From NCBI GenBank assembly GCA_964016885.1, contig OZ024751.1, positions 37,634,001 to 37,698,000 of the forward strand: 64,000 nucleotides of DNA, in the 5' to 3' direction. Both the position numbers and the translations under genes were made by a program. Below, piece by piece: positions 46,453 through 57,990 of the stretch; position 1 is the first letter of the stretch, and every line of letters begins with the position of its first letter. The notes beneath the pieces are model-generated. The model was not told where the DNA came from and made no database searches. It was given only the letters and a program-made list of their open reading frames with translations. Source of the DNA: Eledone cirrhosa. Taxonomy: Eukaryota.

Positions 46453-47826
46453 AACAGTTTTATAGATAAATAGATTTGACATACCGTACAACATCGACTT
46501 GTATTTGAAAAGTTGAATTGGCAGTGAAAAAATTGTACACAGAGAGAAAGAAAGAGAGAAAAAAGGAAAGAAAGACAGAAAACGAAGAAAAAGAAGAAGA
46601 AAAAAAAGAAAAAAAAAAGAAAAAGAAGAAATGCATGGAACAAAATAGAGAGATGGAAAGATAGATAAAGAGAAGAACTTCATGTAAAGAAACAGAGAGA
46701 TATATATATATATAGAGAGAGAGAGAGGAAATAGAGATAGATATATATATATAGAAAACTAGGTAGTGGGACGTCCGTTGAGTAAACGTATCAATGATAC
46801 ATTTATTTATTTATTTATTTATTTAGCTCTAGTATTAATGTAAGGGAGATATATGTGGTTAGGAGAGAAACCAGCTGTTATATAGAGAGAAAAATTAAAA
46901 ATAACCAGACATAGGCGAGGCATAAAAACCCTATGTTTTAATGTAGAGGTATTAGTATGTATAAAAACCAGCCACTATATTGTAAATATCAGTATTCCTG
47001 AATGAGACATGTATCCATAATGTGTGAAAAGTAATGATCTTATGTTTAGTTTAAAAAAAAAAAAAAAAAATTCATATGTTTATGTGATAACTACAAACAT
47101 CTATGTGAATTTACATGATCAACTCTGCAAACCCTAGGTACACGGAAAACATTCTCATTGTGCTATAAAAATTTAAGTATACATATATGTGTATATATAT
47201 ACACACATATATATAGAGAGTCAATATTACTACTATTCCTGTCTTTACTCTACAAGATTATCTATCAAGCAGAAATAGAGAGCAGATTTCAATATACTAA
47301 CAAAAATATATATCAGAAACAAAACCAAAAAATAACAATAATAATAATAATAATAATAAATAAATAATAATAAAATAGAAAACTAAAAAATATTACGAAA
47401 GAATATTACATATTAAAAATATTACATATTAAAAATAAAAATATTAGAAAATACTACAATAATAAAAATAAACCACAAAGATCAACCCTTCAAAATTAAT
47501 TGACAATATATTGTCAAGTTCATTATAAGCATCAGAGTCGAAAAACAGATAAAGCTAAAAATTATTTATCAAATCGCATCTAGCAAAAATCATTTCAAAA
47601 AGTTTAGGATGCCCATTTGGTCTACATGTGTTCTTATATTTAATATAGAAGTTTATCTAGTGTAACGTTTATTCGAAATATTTGGAGCATCAACTTTTAG
47701 GGTAGCTTAATTTTTCATGAAGAATGTTTAAATAAAAATAAAAATAAAAAATAAAAAGAATAAAAAGAAGAAATCGAAAGATTTATCGGCTAGTTTCCCA
47801 TATAATTATAAATCAAACTAAATATA

Positions 47827-50040
47827 CTACATTTTAAATTTAAATTTATATTTAAACGTTGAGTTTAATCTATGTTTGCAGCAACTGAATAAATTTGTCC
47901 GTAGATTAAGGGAATTTTTAGATTTTAGTATAAAGAATATCTCCTCTGCGCAGAGGTCACATGTCTCAGAGGATGAATTAAAAGGAATCCCTCTTGAGAC
48001 TATATTCCAAGCCGTCGAATATCTAACGTTATCTAGCTTAAGTTGCCAGAGTACGCCTGATAGTGCCGTTGAAGATTTTTTGCTTGGATCTGTGAAAGAA
48101 TTCTTGTGGTTATTGTAGCGAAGTTTAAATTCCGTCGATGTGGAACCGACGTAGTTAAAAGAATTAGAGTCAGTTTTAACATTACAATTGTATACTATAT
48201 TTTTAACTAAGCAGTTGTTATTTAACGGACATTTAGATCTATCTCTACAGTTACATTTGTTAACTTGTATATTATTTATGCTATTATCACTAGGTTTTAA
48301 GTTCCTATTATTTATTCTATTAATATTTTGTGCTAAATTTTTGGTGGATGAGTAGGTTAATTTTATAGTATGTCTATTGAAAATTGAGTGATACCTATGT
48401 GTTCTAGGGAAGCGATTATCAAGAGCTTTAAAAAATAGTTTAGCGATGTGGGTTTTAATGTTTAGTGAGAAAGGGGGGGCAAACCAAATTATGTTCCTAG
48501 TTCTATTTCTTTTTTGGCCTTTGGAATTATTGTAATGCTTTCTATTATAGTTGTTAAGGTTGTTGCCGTAATTAAAATAGTTGTTATTTTGTTTAGTTTG
48601 TCTATCATTATCTATGTACATAATCTTATCAGTATATCCTGCTCTAGCTAATGCTTCATTGTAGTATTGGGCTTTTTCGTCGAAAATCTTTCTATTCGAC
48701 GAGATCCTAGAGATACGTTTTTGAACAGAGTTTACTATAGTGTTTTTGACAGATCTGGGGTGGTTAGAGTTAAAGTTGACATAGTTTAAGTTTTCATTCA
48801 ACTTGTGAAAAGGATAGTGAAGACATGTGTTGAGATTTAATGTTATATCTAGGAAATTGACTATTCTATGGTTGTTCTCAATTTCTATTTTAAGATTAAA
48901 GTAATTAAAAAATTGTGTAATTTGTTTACATTTTCTATTTAGTTCAGAGTTATTATTATCAATAAGTAAAAGCATGTCATCTCTATATAAACCTCCAGTA
49001 GTACCATGTATTTTCCTATGTAGCGAATTGATTAAAAATAAGCCCACAAGGTCAGTTACCTGAGCTGAGTCGGATGATCCCATAGTAATGTCAAAATTGC
49101 TATCTCTATCTGCTCTGGTCCATAGTTGGTCATTAAATTCTATCAAAGTTTTCCTAGCCGATAATATAATATGCATTTCATTGCTAGTTAGGTCAGTATG
49201 TTTGAATGCGTAATTTAGTGCCTTATTTAGTAGATTAGGGGTAATAGAAGAATAATAGTTAGCAATATCAAGTTGAATAAACTTATTATTATTGTTATAT
49301 TTAATTTGCTTAAACCACTCAACAACCTCTCCAGTTCCCTTCCACAAGCTCAGGTTAGATAAACAATCCAAGTTCTTAATTTGCTGTATCACCCTGTCAA
49401 GAATGTTTTTGCTTATTTTGCCCAGGTCCGATTTTGATGGTGCGATCAATCTAACTGGCAAGTCATTTTCAAAATTCCTCTTGTGATCTTTCATATTGAT
49501 CTTCGGTTTCCTGGGCACGAAAGGTTGTGTTCTGTTCTCAATTTCCAACTCGTGCATTATACAAGATGCTTCGACATTCATTTTCTCAAGCTCGGCCTTA
49601 TCTGCTACCTTGTACTTTTTCCTCAGTTCCTTCAGTATGAGGCCATTATACATGTCTTTCTGCACTCCATAGAGGTTGTTGGTCTTGTCAGATTTCACCA
49701 AGATCTTCTCAGTTTTCTCTAAGCTCTCAATATTATCCTTAATGCCTTTCAGATATTCCTGGCCTTTGAAGTTTCTCTTGAATTTGACCCCTTGTATGAT
49801 AGAAATTATATCGTTTTCAAAGTCAGATAAAAGTTTGTTAGGGGGTGGATTTCTTTTAGATTTGAAAATTTTGTTTAAGTCCGAGACATTTTCATTTATA
49901 TTAGATTTATCAAAGTGGAATGCTCGCCACCTGATTCTCCTTATAAAAGAGTCAGATTTATCTATTAATTGTTTTATAAAGTCTTTGTTTCTAGGTAGAG
50001 ATATGTCTTTTAAAGAGGAAGTAATCTTAAAGAATTCCAT
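47827..50040 (-). CDS. Penelope-like reverse transcriptase / GIY-YIG endonuclease, 737 aa
   Basis: N-terminal SLKDISLP and IRRIRWRA, then KSDKT. RT motifs QLDIANYYSSI, TMGSSDSAQVTDL, LYRDD, VNFLDITL. Thumb YVNFNSNHP, then IIWFAPPFS. Linker CNCRDRSKCPLNNNC. GIY-YIG NIVY...YVGST..FKLRYNNH. C-terminal CDLCAEE...LN...CKH. No stops. Confidence 0.96.
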   Translation of the reverse strand: MEFFKITSSLKDISLPRNKDFIKQLIDKSDSFIRRIRWRAFHFDKSNINENVSDLNKIFKSKRNPPPNKLLSDFENDIISIIQGVKFKRNFKGQEYLKGIKDNIESLEKTEKILVKSDKTNNLYGVQKDMYNGLILKELRKKYKVADKAELEKMNVEASCIMHELEIENRTQPFVPRKPKINMKDHKRNFENDLPVRLIAPSKSDLGKISKNILDRVIQQIKNLDCLSNLSLWKGTGEVVEWFKQIKYNNNNKFIQLDIANYYSSITPNLLNKALNYAFKHTDLTSNEMHIILSARKTLIEFNDQLWTRADRDSNFDITMGSSDSAQVTDLVGLFLINSLHRKIHGTTGGLYRDDMLLLIDNNNSELNRKCKQITQFFNYFNLKIEIENNHRIVNFLDITLNLNTCLHYPFHKLNENLNYVNFNSNHPRSVKNTIVNSVQKRISRISSNRKIFDEKAQYYNEALARAGYTDKIMYIDNDRQTKQNNNYFNYGNNLNNYNRKHYNNSKGQKRNRTRNIIWFAPPFSLNIKTHIAKLFFKALDNRFPRTHRYHSIFNRHTIKLTYSSTKNLAQNINRINNRNLKPSDNSINNIQVNKCNCRDRSKCPLNNNCLVKNIVYNCNVKTDSNSFNYVGSTSTEFKLRYNNHKNSFTDPSKKSSTALSGVLWQLKLDNVRYSTAWNIVSRGIPFNSSSETCDLCAEEIFFILKSKNSLNLRTNLFSCCKHRLNSTFKYKFKFKM

Positions 50041-50087
50041 TTTTCCAGTTATAATATAAAGCGCTCAACAGTATTGGAGCAAGATAC

Positions 50088-50171
50088 ATGGAAAGTTATA
50101 TTTAAATTGTTGGGTTACAACTAGTAAATATTTATAACTGATATAAAAGCACTCGACAAGTATTTGGAGTA
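50088..50171 (+). repeat. Direct repeat copy 2 (5' leader of the ORF)
   Basis: Matches 46249-46332 and lies 48-131 bp upstream of the ATG on the minus strand. Confidence 0.95.
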
Positions 50172-50511
50172 AATTCACATAGATGTTTGTAGTTATCACA
50201 TAAACATATGAAATTTTTTTTTTTCTTTTTTTCTTTTCTTATTTTTTTTCTTCTTTTTCTTCGTTTTCTGTCTTTCTTTCCTTTTTTTTCTCTCTTTCTT
50301 TCTCTCTGTGTACAATTTTTTCACTGCCAATTCAACTTTTCAAATACAAGTCGATGTTGTACGGTATGTCAAATCTATTTATCTATAAAACTGTTTATAT
50401 TGTATTTTGTCTGAGGAAGGCATAGCATATTGTTAATATGATATCCCTGAAATATATATAATGAAATAAATATGGTTTTATAAATATAGTTTCCATTTAT
50501 TTAATATCGTA
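50169..50511 (+). repeat. Inverted, internally deleted pseudo-LTR
   Basis: 50169-50212 is the reverse complement of 47071-47114, and ~50221-50511 is the reverse complement of 46337-~46625. The two parts are joined through T-runs. Confidence 0.95.
50397..50474 (+). ncRNA. Type I hammerhead ribozyme in the inverted pseudo-LTR
   Basis: CTGAGGA at 50411-50417 and GAAA at 50449-50452, with predicted cleavage after 50460. Same sequence as 46375-46452. Confidence 0.85.
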
Positions 50512-50531
50512 TATATATATATATATATATA

Positions 50532-50576
50532 TATTTATTTGCATATATATTTATGCATAAATGCATGTGTGGAGGC

Positions 50577-50617
<41 letters not shown>

Positions 50618-50665
50618 AACGCCTCCACACATGCATTTATGCATAAATATATATGCAAATAAATA
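50532..50665. repeat. 47-bp perfect inverted repeat around (TA)n
   Basis: tatttatttgcatatatatttatgcataaatgcatgtgtggaggcgt at 50532-50578 and its reverse complement at 50619-50665. Confidence 0.93.
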
Positions 50666-51297
50666 CGTATTAAGATTGCGACAGTAGAGAACAAAACAAG
50701 AAAATTATTAAGTATAAAAGCAGAATATAATTTTAAGGTTTTATTACTATCATTTACCATAATCATTATATATTTATGAGGATATTTCACAAGTATTTTC
50801 TCATAAATTACCTCCTTAAATAGCAATTAATATTTCAATGAAAAAATTATAATTGTCACGTAACACATTAATGCATAGTTTCACAGAACGTTGTATTTAA
50901 AATGGATTCAACAGTGAAAGGAACCGATTGTTTACTTTTCTAAGTGCATAATATACGAGAGAATCTTATCATCCGGAGGTGAGATAAGTACAGCATGACA
51001 CCTGAACACACAACAACATACATGTACACATACATGTATATACAAATACATTCATATATACATATACATATATATATATATAATAATAAGGGTTGACGGA
51101 CCCAGCATATTTATCAATGCCAGTAACGGTTGTATCTCAGCGTACTCAATGGGCAATGTAAGATACATTACCAGAGTATACACATAATTATTTGCCTCAA
51201 CACACGTAAAACGGGTGGTTATAAGGTTCCCGGTCTCGAGTTTCTGCACTATCTGTCTGCATATATTATGCAACAATGCACAATCGGCTTATGCGGC

Positions 51298-51354
<57 letters not shown>

Positions 51355-51396
51355 GTTCCACAACAGTTAGTTCACCTTACATATATATATAAGTGA

Positions 51397-51820
51397 AAGC
51401 CCGTTGTTTAACGGTTAGCTTTTTAAGATATTGATCGTAATATGGTGAGTTCTAGTCCGGAACCGGGCTGTGTCTTGCGTCATTGAGCATGTCGCTTTAT
51501 TTCACGTTGCTACAGTTCAATCCGTGTGTCACGTTAAATCTCACTGGAACCTATGGTAAGGGCGGATTAGTGTGTGTGTGTGTGTGGAATGCTCCACCAC
51601 TTGCAAGTGAATTTCAAGTGCAGGTAGACAGGCGCACTCACAGTCCCAAATACCATTCATCAGTGGAAATGACGCAGGTTCAACTACGAGAGAGACGCGC
51701 AGGGAGAGCCACTCATTACGAGCCTCGGACACGTGGGGAGCCACCTTTTTTCTGATAGCAGTAAGTAGGGATGTGGTCCGAGTGTCAAGAACCCCGAAAG
51801 TCTCTAATACTACTACTACT
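51397..51820 (+). mobile_element. tRNA-derived SINE (family B-like) with GC-richer 3' part and (ACT)n tail
   Basis: Head 'gttgtttaacggttag...gtgagttctagtcc', core 'cattgagcatgtcgctttatttcacgttgct' and end 'aatactactactact'. May be composite. Confidence 0.55.
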
Positions 51821-52711
51821 GTAAAGAGAAAGTATATTTCATTAGAAATATGGTAACGAATGAGTTGATCTGACTTCTTATTAAAATATCCTGTAGTTTC
51901 TCATCTAAAACAGTGTTTGAACATTTGATTCCTTAGATTAAATTATAGAGATATTATACTTCAATTAATATTTAATCATGCCTACATTTAATTTTTAAAA
52001 GTCAAGTTTCACATTCACATTATGAAGCTAATCTATAAAATGTAATTTTCTCATTAAGCTCTAAAAATAATCCATTGATTGGCATATAATTAAATGCCAT
52101 TGTATTATATGACACAAGTTCGTCTTATTTTCTAAGATGAAAATTAGAAGCTTCGAAATATATATAAATGTAAATTTTTGCCTGATATCAGAGCAAACGG
52201 TATTTTAATAATAGCTTTCAATATAGATATTATCAGTCAAGTACAGAATTGATTATTTCCTTTTGCTTGTGCTATTTTCGTTTGTTATTACACACATGTT
52301 ACGTTCAATAAACAATAGTACATGTGACATACAGGACGAGGACCTCACACGAAAAATAGCACATGCAACATTGAGTGTACTAGATTTATCTATATATCTA
52401 TAAGGAAACAATTAGGGAAAGTTATTAGGCTGACAGATAGAGTGTTTTTTTTATTATTAATTCCGGTCCTCTCCGCTCTCGATTCAGATCCTGCTGTGGC
52501 CAACTTTGCATTTCAGCGCTTTTTTTTTTTTGTTTTTTTTTTGTTTTTTTAGTTGGGGTCACAAATAAAACACCAGTCCATTCCTGGTGTCTGTCTTCTC
52601 TCTCTCTCCCACTATGTCTATCTCTCTCAATCTCTGTATGGAAGAATCAGCTGGGGTAAAATCTGGAGAGTGATATGATCCACCAGTTGAAATGCCCCTA
52701 TAAGTTGTTAA

Positions 52712-52930
52712 ATAATTGTTTCTGAATTAGGCACAACGCCAACAATTTTTTTTTTTGGGGGGGGGGGGGGGGCAAATCAAACCCAGTCCATTACTAGTAC
52801 ATTATATTACTGAGCCTGTAAGGAAGAAAGAAAAAAAAAACCTTCGTGGGATTTGAACTCAGAATATGCGGGGACGTGGCTCGATGCCTGGAATCAAGTT
52901 CTCCGACGCTCTAATGATACTACCAATCCA
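52712..52930 (-). mobile_element. Diverged SINE family A
   Basis: ataattgtttc..ggcacaacgcc...gggatttgaactcagaa...ccgacgctctaatgatactaccaatcca. Confidence 0.7.
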
Positions 52931-52986
52931 GAAAATAATAAAAGCTGATTAGTTAAATCCTTAAGCATAGTTATTCTCACATTATA

Positions 52987-53019
<33 letters not shown>

Positions 53020-54103
53020 ACTACACACAAACAGCCACAGTGGTGTGATATCTGGGTATATATATCCACATTCATAATCACGAGCACACTAGTTCATTTT
53101 TACTACACACTCACGTGTATACACAGGAATGGCCATAATACAAAACGAACAGAACGCACACACACAGATATACACACATATACACACATATATACACATA
53201 TACACACACATATACACATATATGCACATATACACACACATCTAAATAATTATTCACATACGTGCTTGTAAATGGATTTTCGCGTACGTTTGCGTATTAT
53301 TTATATAGGTAGAAAGTCAATTATGTTATATGGTGAATTCAAAGCAATGTTGTGTATATACACTTTAAGATATGAATTGTATATATGTACATACGCATTT
53401 CTATATGTGGAGCTTGGATACCTTTATATAGATATAATAGTAGTGTTAGTTGAGTCGCTTTAATTCGCTCGCACACACACAAACAAACACACACACACAC
53501 ACACACACACATACATATATCATATATACATGCCTTCGCCTGTATGTGTTTGTCTACGTGCGTGTATGTTTGTCTATATTGTATGTACGTGTGCGTTTGT
53601 CTATGTTCTGTGAGTGTGTGTTTTTTTGTCTGCACGTGTGCGTGATTCTATATGAGTGTGTGTGTCTGTTTTTATCAGTCTGTTTATGGTTGAGTCTGTG
53701 TGCGTGCATACACGCGTTCGAAAATCAAGTGGGAAGGAATTGTACAATGTTAGTATACAATATATTATTTACTTTAATCTACCATCTCTCACGCAATTCC
53801 TGCTCTGGTCACTCATTGCAAAGATTTTTTTTCTTCTCCCTCTTTCTCTTTCTTTCTTACACCAATCTCGACTGCTTCAGGCACAATTGTTGGAGTCGAG
53901 CCATTTAGTACGAACGAATGCCATCCTTAATTTTACGCCTAATCAAGTCACCGCTGTTTGCCCTCTAGCGAAAACATTTTACCAAGAGTTGGCTTCCTCG
54001 TAGCCTTATTGTCCATCGTTACAATAATCGCTAATGCCGCTGGCTCTACGAAACTATTTTAAAATATGGCTCATTTATTCTATTCATCGTATAGACTTTT
54101 TTA

Positions 54104-54142
<39 letters not shown>

Positions 54143-54879
54143 TGCGTCATATGGATCAACAAAAATAAATGTACATCACATTACCTTACTAGTTTGGAAG
54201 ATATTTCAGTAATTTTCTCATTTTGTTTTTACCAGAGATTTAATAAATTAGAATGAAAAGAAACGGAAAAGGAAAAAAAAATATATATATTCTATTTCAG
54301 CATAAATTACACTAGTAAACACATTGTATAAATAAAACGTACTCTAACATATATAACACAGATGCGTAAGCTCTGTAGATTATTAACGAGTTAGCTCCCG
54401 TTGAGACGTTGCTTTGATTTTTAATGTATCTTAAATGTACGGACAAATTGCTGTTATCAACGTGTTCTGATTCACTGTTATTTCAGGAATCTAAGTTAAG
54501 CACGTATATTTCGGAGAGATGGAATTAACGTTGACTTCCAGTTGGTTCTGTGAGGAGAAAAATATATATAATGAATATGTTTAAGATAACTACTTCATCT
54601 ACAACTGTGAGTGTGTACTATCGTTTAATTGTACACTAAGGCTTATATGTATTATATACTATACATGTGACTGGAATTTTTTCTGTCAAAACGACAGGAG
54701 TCGAGGCCTTTATAGTCAACAATACATATAGTCAAAACTACATATATGTAAAGAGAGGAATGGGTGTCTGTGAGCAGATCTGTAAGTGTGTGTGCAAATG
54801 AAGAAATATAAATCAAAATAGGTCACAACACCTTTTGATGATAGGAAAGTGAAAACGGAGACGAAAGTGTCATTGAGCG

Positions 54880-54911
<32 letters not shown>

Positions 54912-54914
<3 letters not shown>

Positions 54915-55093
54915 ATTGTTTCTACTTTTAGCACAAGGCCAGAAATTACCCAGTACATTACTGGTACTTTATTTTATTGACCCCGTAAGGATGAAAAGCA
55001 AAGTTAACCTCTGCGGGATTTGAACTTAGAACGTAAAGAATCGTAACTATATGCCACGAAGCTTATTGTCCGACCCTCTACCGATACTGCCAA
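54912..55093 (-). mobile_element. SINE family A, short subtype
   Basis: Reverse complement of family A, tail in (TA)n, slightly 5' truncated. Confidence 0.92.
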
Positions 55094-55281
55094 ATAATTG
55101 TTTCTTTTTTGGCACAAGGCCAGCAATTACCCAGTGCATTACTTGTACTTTATTGTATCGACCCCGTAAGGATGAAAGGCAAAGTTAACCCCGGCGGGAT
55201 TTGAACTCAGACTATAGAGGGACGTAACTATTTGCGTCAAGGCATGGCCTCCGACCCTCTACCGATACTGCCAATCTACCG
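55094..55281 (-). mobile_element. SINE family A, short subtype, with 11-bp TSD
   Basis: 'tgccaaataat' occurs at 55088-55098 and 55282-55292. Directly tandem to the previous copy. Confidence 0.92.
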
Positions 55282-55701
55282 TGCCAAATAATGACAGAGA
55301 AACAGGGTTTGACCCGGAGAAAACTCCGTTCAGACCAAAAGCAGTTTAACATCTTCTCATTCTTCACTGCTTCCTTTACACGTGTGTACCATGTATTCTA
55401 AACGGAATTTTTAGAACATGTTTGAGAGCGCAAAGTTCACTACAATCATTAAAGATTAATAGTATATGACTCGTATAGAAGAATCCTATTTGTAACTAAA
55501 AATACATTCACGCTGGAACTTCTGTTAATGAGTGGCTAGAGTATCACATTTTGATGTATACTTCATTATTATGTTTGCTTATATTCTGTCAGTGAGATAA
55601 CATTCAAATGTAGCATAATAAATTCCCTTTGTCATTACTGTATTTCATGCTACACACCCATATAGACAAACATAGACATATATATATATATGCCCATATA
55701 C

Positions 55702-55789
<88 letters not shown>

Positions 55790-57625
55790 TTTTTTTTAAA
55801 GCTGTCATTGTTAATAGCAAGAAAAATACCAATTCATATAAAATGCATTTTAGACTAACAACCAATGAAATATAGATATTTCATTGGTGCTGTTATAAAA
55901 CAAGATATCAATGATAACATTAATGCTAGACACACTTCTGTATTCAGGCAATAGAGTTAGTACCATTCAATGATGATATTTGATAAAACCGTAACTGTGT
56001 ACATAATTACATATTTTAATCTTGGTTAGGAAAATCTCAAATATTCTTTTTCCTGAAACCTGACTAAACGTTGCACACTGTGAGGAAATTTATATTGTAT
56101 TAATTGGATAATTACGACAAAGATAATAATTTGTATTGATAATAAAATATTCTGAAGATAGTTCTTGATGGATTATCGTAATTTCATCTCACACATTCTA
56201 CATTTTAACACTTTAATATATATTCAGCTATTACTTTATACATGATGTAGGCCAATACGGCTTGAAATCTATCAAGGGTATCCTTAAATAGATGTTCTGT
56301 TTCATGTGTGTTGTAGCGTAGCGGGGAGGCGATGACAGTAGGAGCTCGGCTCTTCTGTGTTCGGACACATTACACCTGCCATGTGGATCATAGCTTAACT
56401 ATGTCTGCCTTTATATTTTCCCCTCTTGCTAGTTGTCTATTTATCCATTCCACTATTTCCGAAAAATAAATATTTGACAATGTTAATGCTTATATATTAA
56501 TATCAATAATAACTAATATGGAAATGAAAATAAAATCATTTTTCCTGTCTTGAGAAAATGGTACTTTTATCAAGCTTCTGCTGAGGATGAAAGTCAAAGT
56601 TGACCTGCACAGGATTTTATATCAGAGAGACGGAAGAATAACGCAAACCATTCTATTTAACATTCTAACAAATCTGATAATTCAACACCTTTAAATATAT
56701 TTAGTGTAATTCAATTCTAACGAACCTTATAGATGATGCTTTATTTTTCTTTAAATACCAAATATAGAGTGGCTGTACATTACGTATTGTAGAAGTTGGT
56801 GTAAAAAATATTCAAACTTTAGGAGCAGTGAATATATTTGTTTAGATAAACTAAGCGAATGACTCAACATGGTGATTATAAAACTGTTGATACACAACTA
56901 TTTAGAACATTCTTCCTTGATACATTATGTTCAGTCCTATTACGACGGCAGTTATTTTAGGACTATGTGAATATTTATTCATTTAAGAGCTTTATTTTCT
57001 ATAATTTCAATTTCTTGTATATTTCTATCTCTTTTTTTGTGGAGTTATTTTAAAAGCGCATCTCTCCGTATTAGATCATGCTATGGAACTTTGCATGTGT
57101 CGATGATTCAGCTCATTATTTCGGAAAAGAGAATTTAAAAAATATAAATGACAACAGCTATTCTACAAATACTAGGATGTGTAATCGTTGTAGATATGTC
57201 GCCAATATTTCTATACACTGAGAAATATGAAGAGATGTCATTAAACTTTTCCTCTATGTTCAACTCATAATTAGTCTCTCCTGTTATACCAAAACAATTA
57301 ATCACGCTTCTTATCATTTAATATATCTTTTACTACTCAAGAAACATCGAATGATGCATTGCTAAATTATAATTAACTGTACAAGGAGAATGACTGATAG
57401 CATTGTAAAAGCGTATAAGAGAGAAGCATCTGTTAAGAGCTACACGGTTACAGAGGCGAGAAAGCAGTAGTTGTACGTAAGCATGGGCCGTAACTCATGA
57501 TGGCTTCATAGAGACATCATCATAATATATAACGCCTAAGGGAGTCACAAGGGCACCGTTGTGGCATACATCGTATATTGGGCAATTTATGTTTGAAAGA
57601 GCTCAGGTCGGAAAACAGTCGATTT

Positions 57626-57990
<365 letters not shown>

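Larger units (their letters stand above)
46249..50511 (-). mobile_element. Full-length Penelope-like retroelement (C-terminal EN, Hydra-clade-like) inserted in (TA)n
   Basis: Intact RT plus GIY-YIG ORF. 84-bp direct repeat 46249-46332 = 50088-50171. Inverted pseudo-LTR at 50169-50511. Hammerheads in both arms. (TA)n at both ends. Confidence 0.95.

Noticed and set aside
46625-47053. Intron removed from the inverted pseudo-LTR
   Set aside because: The breakpoints lie in homopolymer runs with no GT-AG ends. Slippage or template switching is simpler.
47827-50040. Telomerase, group II intron or selenoprotein (Naiad-type) interpretation
   Set aside because: The domain order is RT then C-terminal GIY-YIG, with pseudo-LTRs and no in-frame TGA. 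This fits a C-terminal-EN PLE.
47876-50059. Short + strand ORFs inside the PLE ORF
   Set aside because: Antisense shadows of the real RT/EN frame, with no motifs.
53860-54060. GC-richer block with splice-like signals on both strands
   Set aside because: No frame stays open between a plausible acceptor and donor, and no homology is recognised.
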